Shown here piece after piece: positions 21,173 through 22,038 of a stretch of DNA of 22,038 nt (the stretch's first letter is position 1; each line of letters starts with the position of its first letter). The DNA comes from Zygophlyctis sp. KS116 (taxonomy: Eukaryota > Fungi > Chytridiomycota), in the NCBI GenBank assembly GCA_054661495.1, contig BAAFSQ010000167.1:1-22038 (forward strand), read 5' to 3'. A model generated the notes under the pieces. The model saw only the letters and a list, made by a program, of their open reading frames with translations. It searched no databases and was not told the DNA's origin. The position numbers and the translations under genes are program-made.

Positions 21173-22038
21173 ATGATGGCCGTGGATCCTCAGACACCTC
21201 AAAAAAGGCGAACATCAGGTCCAATGGAAACGTAACTAATTAAATGCTAATGATAGGCCTTTGAAAAAACGCCTTAAATCTGATATAGATGAAATTGTTA
21301 ACCAAAGGTATTATTTATTAGCGATAAACATAAGAGTCACGGATTCATTAGCTTTAATTCCAAATATTAAAACAGTGTGTGGAGCTCTAACTGCTAAATT
21401 ACTTAACAAGATTGGTAATGTGTAGCTCATAATTTCTAGGGCAATCATTAGGAGTTGATCCTATCGCGGTTTTAGGAATATTGCTTCCCGTGGTTTGCCT
21501 TTTAGCGGGCTCTAACGTCTTTATCGCTGCTGATTCCACCATTAACTGGCAAGAGCCTCTTATTCTCTTCACTTTACTCGTCGGACGAAAGGGAACCAAA
21601 AAATCGCCAGTTTTGAAAGCAATCATTGACCCCCTTCGCGCATATTTAAATGTTTCAGAAGAAACAAATGTTGATTTACTATTTTTGGAGGGAACTTTAG
21701 AAGGATTGACTAATCAGCTTATGCTCAATGAGGGAGAGATGCTCCAAGTGGCAAATGAAGCGGAGTCCTTTTTAGCGAAGCTCTACAGTCAAAAAGGTAA
21801 ATATTCGAAATTAATATAAGATGACAATAAATATAGGAACATGTTTCTTAATTTTCATGGTGGAGGAAAATTTAAGTGTGTGACTAAAACTAAGGGATCA
21901 ACTGAAATTGACAATGTGGCGTTGAATTTTATCGGATGCATACACCCAGAGACAATAATTAAATTTTTAAACCGTGATGATCAAAATCATGATGGATTAC
22001 TAGAAAGGTATATAGTTTTACTGCTCAGATTACTAGGT
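21173..22038 (+). CDS. DUF3987/YfjI-like P-loop NTPase gene with micro-introns (partial, runs off the right edge)
   Basis: Exons 21173-21231, 21257-21307, 21335-21414, 21440-21796 and 21821 onward. Translation gives WQEPLILFTLLVGRKGTKKSP, GTLEGL, ANEAESFL, LNFIGCIHP and DGLLER, the motif order I recognise for DUF3987 proteins. Confidence 0.72.

Overview
AT-rich eukaryotic DNA (standard genetic code, ultra-short ~24-29 nt GT-AG introns; probably a compact early-diverging fungal or protist genome) made almost entirely of nested mobile elements. From left to right: (1) the 5' part of an intact Ty1/Copia gag-pol (minus strand, runs off the window edge); (2) an apparently complete ~8.15 kb Helentron/Helitron2-type rolling-circle transposon (~1530-9682) with 12-bp subterminal inverted repeats, an array of GGGCCC-centred palindromes, a spliced 1827-aa Rep-Pif1 helicase and a second gene resembling a T7 gp2.5/NCLDV-type ssDNA-binding protein; (3) a decayed Copia relic; (4) a tRNA-Asn(GTT) gene with two different Ty3/Gypsy elements stacked 7-11 bp upstream of it. 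Element A appears to be self-primed in the Tf1 manner; element B is tRNA-primed and has an in-frame UAG followed by an 8-nt spacer and a long hairpin (readthrough signal). (5) Unrelated DNA truncates the 5' LTR of element B and carries a micro-intron-rich DUF3987/YfjI-like P-loop gene. All family assignments come from motif recognition by eye; no searches were run.
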